DNA of 64,000 nucleotides from Sphaerodactylus townsendi. Its lineage: Eukaryota. The notes under the pieces were generated by a model. That model saw nothing but the letters and a program-made list of their open reading frames with translations. It ran no database searches and was not told the DNA's origin. The DNA is taken from the NCBI RefSeq assembly GCF_021028975.2, contig NC_059426.1, positions 31,372,001-31,436,000 of the forward strand, read 5' to 3'. Below are positions 25,101-37,400 of the stretch, in pieces (the stretch's first letter is position 1; each line of letters starts with the position of its first letter). The position numbers and the translations under genes were made by a program.

Positions 25101-28100
25101 CTGAGGAAAGTGAGTTGCAGTGAGAAAGCAGAGTTCAAATACCTGTTCTAAAAATGGTGAAATGTGTAACCTTGAATGGTCCTCATGTTAGCTTTTGGGA
25201 AAAGTACAAGTATGTTTTGGGGTGTTTTATCCTACAGTTTCGCAGCTGTGTATCTGCTGGAACACAGGAGGAACATATGTCAATATCCTAATTGCGGCTG
25301 TAAAGAAGTAAGCAAATCTGTTTTCCTACATCAAGGGTTAAATTCTCTAACGACATTGCTGGCAAGGACAAAGTTGTTTCTGCAGTCTTCTTCACTAGAA
25401 CTATTAAACTGGCTGTTTGTTGCTTCATTGATCTATAGGTTTTGTGTGATGTGCCTGTAATTTCTGAATAGTTAAGCTTCCTGGATCTTGTGCTTTTGAT
25501 GTCAAGAAACTTGCAAAGGGGCGGTTTTCGGTGTAATCCTAAACAGAGCTACCCCCTTCTAAGTGCATGGAAGTCAAATATCTGTTCAGATGTTACTTGA
25601 CTGCTGGAGTTTTATCATGGTGAGACTGTGGCCCCTTCCGCACATGCAGAATAATGCACATTCAATCCACTTTCACGATTGTTTGAAAGTGGATTTTGCT
25701 ATTCCGCACAGTGAAATCCAGCTACAAAGGGCATCGCAAGTGGATTGAAAGTGCATTATTCTGCATGTGCAGAAAGGGCCACAGTGTGTGTGGGCTTCCC
25801 AGACCCTTACTCCCTCTTTTCTCTCCCCATTTACTACGCAAGGTAAAGGCACAATTTACTGGAAGAGGTCTCATCTTAATTTGAAAATGGGATCTTGCTG
25901 ATCTTGAGTGAAAGCTCCTATAAAATCATGAACCATGCATTCAAAGATTACAAAAAATTAGATTTCTAAGAGGGAACTCACTAAAGATGTCAAAGTATTG
26001 GCCTCTGATTTTTAGGCAGCTAAAATTTATAAGCCTGAGACTTTTCAGTGCCTCGTCACGTCCTGATTCCTGCTTTAGGAGGAAAGAAATTGGAAATGTG
26101 GAAATAATTAGAAGAAAACAGGGACCGTGGGGTTGGGAAAGAGACAAGGCATTGGGGAACCAAACAGTTCAGGAAAGACAGATTCACGTGCAGAGGATCA
26201 ATATTCATTTAAGACATTTTGCCCACTTTTCCCCTAAAGAGAACCGACTCACGATTAGTATTTGAGATGAATAAACTTCATTTAGAATATAAAAGTTTAA
26301 TGGCAGCACTTCAGTGGGTTTTTAAAACATGCATTGATTAACTCCAACAGTCCAGGGGGTGGGTTGGTAGGACAGCAGCACAGCCGGTGCCACAGCACCA
26401 CCTCCATTGGTGTTTCAGGTGGCGGAAACAGGGGAAAATGTAAAAAAAACTGGCCACCTGAAAAATCCCATTGGGAGCACTGACTTAAACCACACTTTTG
26501 GGTAGCATAAGTCGGCTGCTGGCGTATGGGGCATTCCCAGGCTATAAATCCTATGGGAGCCAACTTAAATTGACCACCCCCAGAATACCCCGCTCCACAC
26601 TAGTGGAGGATGTTGCAGCAGGTTTGGGCGCTGTGGCCACCATCTGTGCCACTTTGCACGGTGCTGGTGGCCCGGATGCTGGTGCAACCCCTCCGCTGCT
26701 TTCAGTGCAGCTTTGCCCCCTCTCCCCCCCCCCTTTGGATTGCACAGTTAATTTGTAAAATTCAAATGTATTGAGACAAAGATGCTGTCTTGATAACAAT
26801 AAATCTACCCCCGCTTGTTGTGTGGGAGGGGGACCTTCATCTGATAAGACAGTGAGACTATTGTTGTTGTTTTAAATCTTAGCTAAAAGTAAAGCCACAG
26901 AAGAAAAGATGGAAAGACTTAGAAAGGTGGAGAAGACATTTAGAGAGCGGACTGGGCTAGAAATACGGAAAACCTGTGGTAAGTTGGGTACATATTCCTG
27001 TATAATTTCATTGTGTGATTAGTGCCCTTAATCAGTCTCCCAGAAGAAGAAGCAAGAAGATGATGATGATTTATATCCTCCCTTTCTCTCCTGTAAGGAG
27101 ACTCAAAGGGGCTTACAAACTCCTTTCCTTCCCCCCTCACAACAAACACCCTGTGAGGTAGGTCCCTGTGAGAGAGCTCCAAAGAACTGTGACTAGCCCA
27201 AGGTCATCCAGCTGGCATGTGTTGGAGTGCACAAGCTAATCCAGTTCACCAGATAAGCCTCCACAACTCAAGTGGAAATCAAGGAGGAAAGTGATTTGTG
27301 TCAAAGCCTACAGTATCTTCTTTCTCAATCTCATTGCTTTCCCAATGAATGGCTTATACTGGGTAGTGTGCTGAAACTGCCTACCACCCTGCCCTCCCCA
27401 CTAGTCACTTCTAATTCCCCAAACTGCTGTCTGGCTTTTTAATATGAGACATTCTGAATCAAGTGGGAAGGGTTAGGCATTGGAAACATCTCAGGAGAAT
27501 TCTTTATTTGGTCGGGGGGGTTAGGGGGGGGCAATCCCTTGCAGGACCCAAGCTTGTGCAGCTAAACTGCTTTTGGGATAAATACAGTACAATTAAATAG
27601 GCTGTGCTTACATCTTTCTTTAGAAAAAAAACACCCCAATTTATTTAGCCTAGATTACATGGGCATGGATTTTGTTTAGCATCAGCAAAGCACCCACAGA
27701 AGTTGAGTTGTTCTCCTTCCTGTGGGCTGCTTTTCACCCCCCCCCCCAAAAAAAAACCCTGCCCCCAAAAGTTTGTGAAAATCTCTTCCACTTGTGGAAA
27801 AAATAGTTGAGATGAGGTCCTCCTCTCCCCCAACCCCTCTAAATGCAGTTCCTGAAATGGACAATGAAGGTTTGAGCGACGTACTATGCAAGATATCTGG
27901 GCTAGCTTGTTAAAACTGATGGTGCATGGTATGATGCTAAACTATGGTGTGTAACTGGTTCTGGTGGGTTTTCCGGGCTGTGTGGCCATGGACTGATGGA
28001 TCTTGTTCCAGACCACAGCCACACAGCCTTGAAAACCCACCAGAACCAGTTGTATCCGGCCATGAAAGCCTTCGACAATATGGTGTATAAGTCAATTACC

Positions 28101-29830
28101 CATAAAGAAGAAGAGTTTGGATTTATACCCCACCTTTCTCTCCTGTAAGGACATTCAAGGTGGCTTACAAGCTCTTTTCCCTTCCTCTTCCCACAACAGG
28201 CACCTTGTGAAGTAGGTGGGGCTGAGAGAGTTGTGAAGAGAGTTGTGACTAGCCCAAGGTCCCCCAGCAGGAATGGAGAGCAGAAACACATCTGGTTCGC
28301 CAGAAAAGCCTCTGCCATTCAGGTGGAGCAGTAGGTAATCAGACCTGGTTATCAAGATTAGAATCCACCTGCTCTTAACCAGTATACCACACTGGCTCTC
28401 AAAATATGCAATGACTTTAGGCCCAGGAGTTTACATAACAGTTGATTTGCTTGATTTGAGATAAAGTAATAGTAGATTTTAAATATGTGTTGCCTGTCAT
28501 ATTAAGTTGCTCTATTCACTGAACTATCTGACTACATTCTTTTTTGGTGGGTGGGGTGTTTGTTTTTTGCTTCAGCTAATCATCTGCAGTTTATATTCCG
28601 CTGTATTGACCACAAAGATCCAGAAAAGCCATTCATGTTTACCCTTTCCATAAATGAAGAAGGAGCCTATGAAGGTATGTGTGAAGTTTCCAAGTGGAAG
28701 ACGGTGCAAGTCCCTCCCTCCCAACTCAGTTCAGGTTCTGCATGAAAAGAAGGCCCTTTCCACACATGCAGAATAATGCACTTTCAATCCACCTTCAATG
28801 TACTTTGCAGGTGGATTTTACTGTGTGAAATAGCAAAATCCTAATGTCCAACTCTAGAGTCTAGACCCATGGTGTCGAACCTATGGCACTCCAGATGCTC
28901 CAGCCCCTGCCAGCATGGCCAATTGGCCATGCTGGCAGGGGCTGATGGGAATTGTAGTCCATGAACATCTGGAGTGCCATAGGTTCACCACCATGGGTCT
29001 AGACACCCTTGTGACGTAAGGCTCCTGTGGCAACTAACCATCAATGGAAATCTAATGGCACTGTGGAGACTAAACTTTTTAAATACATCATAAGCTTTTA
29101 TGGACCAGAGCTCTTACGTCAGACACCTTTTACTGTGGCCCAGGACACACGGATATAAAATGTTTTATTTATAGATATAGAATGGAAAATGTGTGTATGA
29201 TTGAAGTTGTAAATACCAGGGAAGGAGGCTAGGGTGAATCATAACTGTAAATTTCAAGATGGGTCTGTAAAAAGGACAGACCTGTCATGGTAGCAGTGAG
29301 TGCTGGTAGAGCTTCCTGTGTTTTGGTGTTTTCAGCTCTTCTCCTCCCCTCTCCCCCCCAATAACTGTCACTATGTATGTTTGCATGCTCACACACCCCT
29401 TGAAATCTGCATCCATCACAGGGATGAAAAGAAGTTTTAGGCCACTATCGTTTATATACTTATAAAAACCTCTCCGTCTTCAACATAGCACAGGATTCCC
29501 ATTTGTTCTTGCTGCAGCTGCCTAAGGCTGGGCTACCCTTCAGAAAAATGCACCAGATCACGCCATCACATGTGGGGTCCGCTTCTGTGTACACTGAGCT
29601 GGGAATGAGTACCGCCAAACATAAGGGGGATTGCTGTACATGCATAGGATTGCACTGTGAAATACCTCGTTCTCAAAGTAAGGTAACTTTTTCTCCTTTG
29701 TTTCTTCCCAGTGATCTCCTGTTCTCCCCCATTAGACTGCATAGAAGAACTCCAGCTAAAAGTGAGAGAAACCAAGAACTTTTCTGCATTCATTGCTAAC
29801 ATTCGGAAAGCCTTCATTGCTTTGTCATAG
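21953..29830 (+). CDS. SPC25: Kinetochore protein Spc25 (NDC80 complex), complete 6-exon CDS, 681 nt / 226 aa
   Basis: Exons 21953-22106, 23060-23125, 24963-25109, 26883-26978, 28576-28674 and 29712-29830, all joined by GT-AG phase-1 introns. Protein [20 protein letters not shown]...[40 protein letters not shown]...[13 protein letters not shown] resembles recalled human SPC25 (coiled coil plus RWD domain). Confidence 0.96.
23060..23125 (+). CDS. SPC25: SPC25 coding exon 2 (66 nt)
   Basis: ttttccag| [22 protein letters not shown] |gtattg. Confidence 0.92.
23927..24165 (+). mobile_element. Squam3-like SINE, older and shorter subfamily
   Basis: tRNA-like head, GGGTGACCTT core, diverged body. 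Confidence 0.7.
24376..24887. mobile_element. CpG-rich Harbinger-like non-autonomous element
   Basis: Imperfect TIRs (..TTTGCAC / GTGCAGAAACGGCC), internal inverted repeats. Confidence 0.5.
24963..25109 (+). CDS. SPC25: SPC25 coding exon 3 (147 nt)
   Basis: ttttacgcag| [16 protein letters not shown]...KLIKTEE |gtgagt. Confidence 0.92.
25630..25780. mobile_element. PIF/Harbinger-like MITE
   Basis: GGCCCCTTCCGCACATGCAGAATAATGCA TIR. Confidence 0.75.
26883..26978 (+). CDS. SPC25: SPC25 coding exon 4 (96 nt)
   Basis: aaatcttag| [32 protein letters not shown] |gtaagt. Confidence 0.92.
27042..27278 (-). mobile_element. Squam3-like SINE, 5'-truncated
   Basis: Body and tail match the other copies. 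Confidence 0.8.
27951..28081. mobile_element. Penelope-like element terminal fragment with inverted structure
   Basis: Hairpin plus ggccatgaaagccttcgacaata end typical of squamate Penelope-like elements. Confidence 0.7.
28104..28400 (-). mobile_element. Squam3-like SINE, second subfamily
   Basis: Shares tail and core; distinct middle segment also seen at 29990-30274. Confidence 0.8.
28576..28674 (+). CDS. SPC25: SPC25 coding exon 5 (99 nt)
   Basis: gcttcag| [33 protein letters not shown] |gtatgt. Confidence 0.95.
28867..28996. mobile_element. Palindromic hAT-Charlie-type MITE
   Basis: Perfect TSD gtctagac. Confidence 0.85.
29712..29830 (+). CDS. SPC25: SPC25 last coding exon
   Basis: cttcccag| [39 protein letters not shown]. 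Confidence 0.95.
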
Positions 29831-29900
29831 AAGTGATGTCTTGTAATAACAGTAAACCTGCTTTTGTACCTACTTTTAATGTTTACTTAGTGTGGGGGAG

Positions 29901-29906
29901 AATAAA
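29901..29906 (+). terminator. SPC25 polyadenylation signal
   Basis: AATAAA (twice, overlapping) 70 nt after the stop codon. Confidence 0.7.
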
Positions 29907-29989
29907 TAAAAGTATTTATTGGATTCAATAGAAGCATTTTAGATGTGTGATAGGCAAAAATACAACGGGGGGGGGGGGGGCACGACCAT

Positions 29990-30274
29990 GAAGAAGAATA
30001 AGAGTTTGGATTTATACCCCACCTTTCTCTCCTGTAAGGAGACTCAAGGTGGCTTACAAGCTCCTTTCCTTTCCTCTCCCCACAACAGACACCCTGTGAG
30101 GTAGGTGGGGCTGAGAAAGTTCCGAAGAACTAGCCCAAGGTCACCCAGCAGGAATGTAGGAGTGCGGGAACACATCTGGTTCACCAGATAAGCCTCAGCC
30201 ACTTTGGTGGATTAAACCCCGTTCTCCAGATTAGAATCCACCTACTCTTAACCAGTACACTACTTTGGCTCTCC
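29990..30274 (-). mobile_element. Squam3-like SINE, second subfamily
   Basis: Similar to 28104-28400. Confidence 0.82.
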
Positions 30275-30457
30275 ATAGAGTTTATGTAGTCATCTCTGGC
30301 TTTCAATGACTACTCAAGTTCTGGGATCTTCACAACTGAACAGAGATTGTGTTTAAAGTACAAGCTTTTATTTATTTCTTGCATTCACACCCCAGGTTTT
30401 CCTTCTTTGCAACAATCCAGTGAAGTATGTTAGGTTGAAGGAGATTGACTAGTCTAA

Positions 30458-30752
30458 AGGAGCAGCAGTGGCGTAGTGGTTAAGAGCAGATGTACTCTAA
30501 TCTGGAGGAACCGGGTTTGATTCCTGGCTCTGCCGTTTGAGCTGTGGAGGCTTATCTGGGGAATTCAGATTAGCCTGTACATTCCAACACACGCCAACTG
30601 GGTGACCTTGGGCTAGTCACAGTTCTGAGCTCTCTCAGTCCCACCTACCTCACAGGGTGTTCATTGTGAGGGGGAAGGGTAAGGAGTTTGTAAGCTCCTT
30701 TGAGTCTCCTATAGGAGAGAAAGGGGGGGATATAAATCCAACTCTTCTTCTT
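30458..30752 (+). mobile_element. Squam3-like SINE
   Basis: Full length; A-box-like TGGCGTAGTGG, B-box-like GGTTTGATTCC, (CTT)n tail. Confidence 0.87.
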
Positions 30753-31200
30753 CAAAGTCAGCTTTGTGATAGAATACAGATTTGTTCCCACATTTTCTCT
30801 GTCGATATCAACTCATTCATCACAGCGCTTTTTAAGGTATCCCTGATGGGAAGTAGAATTGTACAAACTATTCTCAAGTGTGATTGTTATTCCTAAAGAC
30901 TGGACGGCCCCAGCTAAGTCTTTAGCAACAGAAATAAGTTGCTTTTCCTCTTGCTGCTTCTTACGTCTTCCGCAAGCCAGAGTGGAAGAGTTTGAGAAGT
31001 AGTTATTAAATGACAAGTCAAAGTGATCTCTCTCTGATGCTGAAATCAGCTAAAATACGAGCTCTGATAAAATTTAGTAAAAGGGTGATTAAATCTAACT
31101 GCATAGATTACGAAATGGAAGGGTTAACTCTTCCACAAAGTCCTTTAAGACAGGAATTTATTCAAGGGTAAATAAAAGCTTGCAGCTTGGGTGGTTGGTC

Positions 31201-31206
31201 TTTATT
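31201..31206 (-). terminator. NOSTRIN polyadenylation signal
   Basis: AATAAA on - strand 65 nt after the stop; a second copy near 31157. Confidence 0.6.
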
Positions 31207-31271
31207 AAATAAACCCACAGTGCACATTGTGCTTGCGAGCCATCCCAAATACGATTGCCTGGTTTGTATCT

Positions 31272-31426
31272 TTAATAAGCTGTTCCACCATCTGCAGTAG
31301 TAAGGTTCTGGTCAGGACTGGGAGAGATCTCTTCTACATATGTCGCTGGAAAAACACCACTTTTCCCATTCAGAGATCCATGCCACCATCCATCGTCTTC
31401 CTTTTGATGAATTACAATCACATCAC
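31272..31426 (-). CDS. NOSTRIN: NOSTRIN last coding exon (SH3 C-terminal half, stop)
   Basis: cttttag| GDVIVIHQKEDDGWWHGSLNGKSGVFPATYVEEISPSPDQNLTTADGGTAY*. Confidence 0.95.
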
Positions 31427-34400
31427 CTAAAAGAAAGAAAGACACGCACTGGATTTACTTTATCGGTCACATGTTATGCATCTGTGCCTAATCACAGAAT
31501 TGGAAGAGACCCCAAGGGCCATCAAGTTCCAGTCCCCTGCAATGTAGGAACATACAATCAAAGCACTCCAGACAGACAACCATCCAGCCTCTCTTTAAAA
31601 ACCTCCAAAGAAGGAGCCTCCACCACACTCCAAGGTAGTGCATTCCACTGTCAATCAGCCCTTACTGCCAAGAAGTTGGACTCTTTTCCTTCACCTTGAA
31701 CCCATTAATTACTCCTGGTCCTAGTCTCTGGAGCAGCAGGAAACAAGCTTGCTCCCTCACCAACCTGACATCCCTTCAAATAGCTAAACATGGCTATCAT
31801 GTCACCTCTTAACCTTCTCTTCAAACTAAATATATCCAGCTCCCTAAGTCTCTCCTCATAGGGCATGGATTCCAGGTCTTTCACACTTTGGCTGCCCTCC
31901 CCCATGGGGTTGGAGCCATTTGAAATTTCTGCTGGGGGGTGATTTTTGCTGATTTTTTACCCATGGCAGACCTAATCACCACCGCCACCACCATTCCAAA
32001 TCATTTCAGAGGTCATTTTGTGTTGGAGGGGGAGGCAAAGTCATATTCTGCTAGAAATCTCTCTCTTGTACTCTTTTAGTATTTGGGTATCTTGCTACCG
32101 GTCCTGCTTTGGCAGGAGAGAGCAAGGTATTAAATAAACGAACAACTTTCTGGCAGAAGACTTGTGGGATCATGTCTGGCAGTTGGTTACTAACCCAACA
32201 AATGGAAGGAGCTATGCTAGGATGAGAAGACTTAAACCAAAAGTTGCTACTAGTGACCAGATCCCTGATTTTACAATTCTTGAATTTTTCCTTTAAAAAA
32301 ATCTGTGGGATCATTTTTTGCTTTAGCTTTTAGGTTGTGTTAGGGTTTTTGGGATGAGGTTTTATTTTGATGTTACCATTGTGATGAGATTTTGCGTGGT
32401 TTTTATTGTAACCTGCCCTGAAACCATGGTAAAGGGTTGAGAATAAATGCAAATAAATAAAACGTCAGTATTGACTGAACTATCCACAGTGATCGAGCTC
32501 AAGTGCTTGTGCCAGAAGCTTTCTCCTTTCCATTCATCAAGACCCAGTAAGTTCTGTGCCGATGAATTGCCCGAGCTCTGCCTGTGTGGTCCTTGGAATT
32601 ATCTTTTTTCTGATTGTGCTTCACCAGCACTGAGGTACAGAAGTTGAATTTAGCTGTTTCTATAGGTTGGAAGCTACTTCTGTATACTGTTGGAAGGTAT
32701 ACTCCTCCTCTGAGAATGCATTTATTTATACTTTTATTTATATCCCACCCTTCCCAACCGGACTCAGAGTGGTATTAAAAATGAATTTACGCACACACAA
32801 GAAGCTATTGTGTCATATGTTCTTGGACTAAGATCTGGCAGCAAAAGCAACTTTTAGCCCAAATTGCAGCAAAACCTGTCTGAAATTGAAAGAGACAAGC
32901 ATGGAGAATTTATCTGCTCAACTGGGCTGGTGCCTTGTCCATTTTTATCCAGGGAGCCTTGCATTATCCGAGCAAAAAGTATAAATCTACACGGTGCTTC
33001 CCCCTTTCCCATTTCATTCTGAAATATCTGGAGGGTGACATGCAGAAAACAGGTTTTTGAGACAGGTCCATGATACACATTTGACATTGGCTATCAGGAA
33101 CATTATCTGATTCTTATTAGACTTCCTTCCTGCCCCTTTCCTCCGTGTATTTTTAGCTTGCAAATTGAGGAGAAAGAGTCTGTTCAGGGGTATGGGTTCA
33201 AGATGAAATTGCCAGAGATGTGGTGTGGTCCTCAGAATATTTACTCAAAAACATATATTGCTTTTCAGTCAGCGCACTGTTTCCTCTAGCACGGCTGTTC
33301 TCAACCTGTGGGTCGCGGCCGCTTTGGGGGTCAAATGACCCTTTCACAGGGGTCGCCTAAGACTCTCTGCATCAGTGTTCTCCATCTGTAAAATGGATAA
33401 ATGTTAGGGTTGGGGGTCACCACAACACGAGGAACTGAATTAAAGGGTCGCGGCATTAGGAAGGTTGAGAACCGCTGCTCTAGCAATTGGTTGGTTTTCA
33501 GCCTTAATGAAATTGACCATAGTTTGAGATTGCAGTGATGGTATAAATCGAGGGCTGCTGACTCCAGTCTGGGAAATGCCTAGAGACTGGACTTGAGGGT
33601 GCCTGGGTCACACGGAGTTTGGGGAAGGGAGGGGTTCAGCCGGAACGTGAGGCCATAAAATCCACTCACAGAAACTTCAGTTGTGTAGTTCAAAGATCAG
33701 TTGTAATTCCAGGAGAGTTCCAGACCCCACACTATGGCTCCTTCCGCACATGCAGAACAATGCACTTTCAAACTGCTTTCAGTGCTCTTGGAAGCTGTGC
33801 GGAATAGCAAAATCCACTTGCAATTAGTTGTGAAAGTGGTTTGAAAACGCATTATTCTGCGTGTGCGAAAGGGGCCTATGTAAATCCTAACTGTGGCCTG
33901 ACATTTTATTGCCATCTAAATATTTGTGTGTTTTTTTAAACCCAATGAATACTTCCATTTGGATGAGAGAAAAAGTTACCTTCTTTCAAACAAAGTTCAT
34001 CTTCCCTTTCCGTCTGGTAATCGTATAAAGCTGTACACATGGTGCTTGCTGAATCACCATTCACCGGATGTGAACAGGGTGTTGGATTTGAATTGCAAAC
34101 AATCGCTGGAAAGCAGAAGGGGAAAAAAATGGCGAGGTTTGCAGGGGGAAGTTAAAACTGGGTCTGACCCTCTTCAGCAATTCCTCTCCCTTTAGCAGCC
34201 TCCCATTTCAGCTCTTGAATTTTTAAGAGGGGTTGAACATTGATAAGACAGATTGAACATTGGAGCTGTAGGACTAAAAGCGTTTTGTTCCATTTTGGGC
34301 ATGCAAATTCCACTCACATAAATAATTTAAGTTGGTGGATGTTTCAGTTTTGATCACGCAAGCAGCTGCCCCTCCCGTCCACCCTGAAGGCGGGCACCCT

Positions 34401-37400
34401 TGCTTCTGTACCCCATAGTTACAGAATATCTCCAGTATTTTAATTTAAAGTCACTTTTCCCTAACTTGCCCTGTTTTTTTTTTTATAAATTTGAAGGAAC
34501 TGGGTACAGGGAAGTGTAGAAGATGAAGGGGAGGGTCAGAGTTATAATCCCACCCTTGTGGCATCTTTCATGCCCTGCCCTTTCAATCTAGCTGCACTAA
34601 AACTTGGGGAAAATGGATAATTAGAATGATACCTCTTACTGGGAAGAGTGAAAATTAGTGGCTGTAAAGTTCACGGAGGGTATTGGAACAAATTTCCAAA
34701 ACGGGTGTCAAACATGTGACCCAGGCGCCAGATGCAGCACCTTGAGAGAGCTTATCAGGCTCATGTGTCAGCTGCGGCAAACCCCGCCTCACTCCTGATT
34801 TGGCCTCTGTGGGCTCGCCTGTCCAGGCATCCACCACCACACTCCTAATCTGTCCTGGCGAGCCACACCCCTGTGCAAATCTGGGCTGGCTATCCTGCTG
34901 CAAGTTCAAGAAGAAGAAGAAGGAGGAGAAGGAGAAGAATTTGGATTTATATCCCCCCTTTCTCTCCTGCAGGAGACTCAAAGGGGCTTACAATCTCCTT
35001 GCCCTTCCCCCTTCACAACAAACACCCTGTGAGGTGGGTGGGGCTGAGAGAGCTCTGAAAAGTTGTGACTAGCCCAAGGTCACCCAGCTGGCGTGTGTGG
35101 GAGTGCACAGGCTAATCTGAATTCCCCAGATAAGCCTCCACAGCTCAAGTGGCAGAGCAGGGAATCAAACCCGGTTCCTCCAGATTAGAGTACACCTGTT
35201 CTTAACTACTACCCCACTGCTGCTCCTCCAAAGTGCCGACCATCTTCCCCATTGTGGCCTCTACAGCGGAGATCAGTGCCGATCCAGGCTGGCGATCCTG
35301 CTGTGGGCTCGATAGCTGAAGCAGCCAAATGCACAAACACCCGCTTGTGCTGATCTGAGGCAGCCACCCCCCACCCCAGTGCCAACCATGTCGTCGTCCC
35401 CCCATGCCATTCTGGGCTGGCAAGCCTGCTGGGTCCTCACCAGCAAAGGCAACCACCCCAAGGCCTGACCCAACCCAGACATTTATGTCATATCTGGTCC
35501 TCGTAACAAATGACTTCTAATTTTTGTCCTCAGATTAGAGGAGATATACCAGATGCAGGCATTTGGATTTCTTCGCTGTCCTCACCAGCTAGGTGGTTCC
35601 TATACTTGACAGTACGTATCACTGCCAAACTCTCAACACTGAGGCTATCTTCCCTCATCTGCTTTTTAAAGCCCCTGAAAAGGTAGGTGGGCAAGACGAG
35701 CACACTGATTTTCTCCCTTTGCTACTTTCTGGATGAGCATGCATGTCTGCACGTGCAATCTGCAAAGCAAGCCCAATGTTATGGATCAGCCTGGTCTAGG
35801 TGGGGATCCCTGGGAGGAAGGCTGAGCCTGACCAGTCATTAGTCCCTGCAGGACCAAGTCCAGAGGCTCAGACAGAGCAGGCAGACAGGGATCCACAGCC
35901 ATGTCCAAGCTCTGAGATTTCCCAGCCAGGGTCTAGCTCTGGGACACTTCAGCCTCTTCACAATGAGCCAGAAGGGACCCTGCCAGCCCCATCACCACCA
36001 CCCCTGTCTCCATAGCCCCAGGAGCAATGCAGGAGGAGGGTGCGTGCTAGGGTACAGCAGAGGAGATGCAGTAGCAGATTAGAAGCCATGGGGCAAACTG
36101 ACTTAGATGCTAAGCCCTTACAGGAGCCAGACTAAAACAACCCAGCTGCAAGAGGTTATTGCACTACTAGGGAATGGGAGGCTGCTATCAAAGAGAGGTT
36201 GCAGCTGAGCCATCTTGCGGCAGCATTTTGTTTCAGTTTGCAGGTCACTGTCTCTGTTCCTAGCCTTGTGTATTCAATATGCACTCGCTGAATCAATGTG
36301 TCCGGACTGTCTGTTGGTTGCCGGGGGGCCTGTCTACGACCCCCAAACCCACGTTATCTTCCACAGCAAGGTCTGGAAGCTCCTCTCTTCTGGCCAGAAA
36401 GAAAACTTTTTAAAAAGACTAATTCACAGGGAGCTAAGTCTATGGGTTCTTGTGAAATCTCTGCCCAACTAGGGAAAACACAATTTAAAAAAAAGTTTTC
36501 GGAGAAACAGGACCCAAAAGCATGTTCATGGCCCCTCCTTCAAGAATAATTCAGGATTGAAATCCACATGACAAAATCTGGTTCAGTTCTATCATCAGTG
36601 TGTTTGCCCTAAAGGCAACACTGGGAACTAAGTACAACAAAACTTGCCCTGAAGGTAAAGATGGCAGTAGGAGAAAACTTGTGAAATGTGAGTGGGTCTA
36701 GTGGGGATATGGGCTGTTTTTGGCCACCAGCTGGCCCACGTAGACACTGAAGACAGCCATCTTTTGGGCCTTTGGCAATCTGATCTGTGAGGCCTTATAC
36801 ATTTTTCTGGGCATTAATTTTGTACTACTAGTCTCATCTGAGTGGCCAGTTTATGCTACCTACGAGTTAGAGCCAAAGGTTCTGGATCCAGAACCTTTCC
36901 ACCAGAGGAGCAAGCCTCTTGCCAGAGCTAGGCTCCTAGCCTTAAGGGGAGGAATCATTGTCACTGAAACAAGCTTTGGATCCAGCTCTGTGTATTTATG
37001 GGAGAGAAAGGAACTAAGACCTTCGTACGACGAGATTACAATGACGTAGCTGGTTACCTGACAGAGAACTTGGATTCCTTCCTCTTTCATTGGCCACCTG
37101 CGTGCTCAGAGTTCGCTCAAAGTATTTTATTTTGATAGGGCAAGTGATCATCACAGAACTATGCACACAGTCCTAGAAGGGGGGAAAATAGCATCATTTA
37201 CCATTTTAATCTGGTTCAGTTTTTTCCCCCATCTAATCAGCTGATATGGCAACCCCGTGGTGATTTCATGACGAGACATTCAAAGGTGCTTTGCCATTGC
37301 CTTCCTCTTTGTCCCAGCCCCTGGATTTCCTTGGCAGACTCCCAACCAGATCCTAACCAAGGCCAACCCTGCTTAGCCTCTGAGATTGGGTTAGCCCGGG

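Noticed and set aside
30458-30535. tRNA-like sequence with A and B boxes
   Set aside because: It is the head of a SINE, continuous with the SINE body, and does not form a full cloverleaf.
35777-36340. Possible LTR-like segment starting TGTTATG
   Set aside because: Right boundary and TSD could not be defined.
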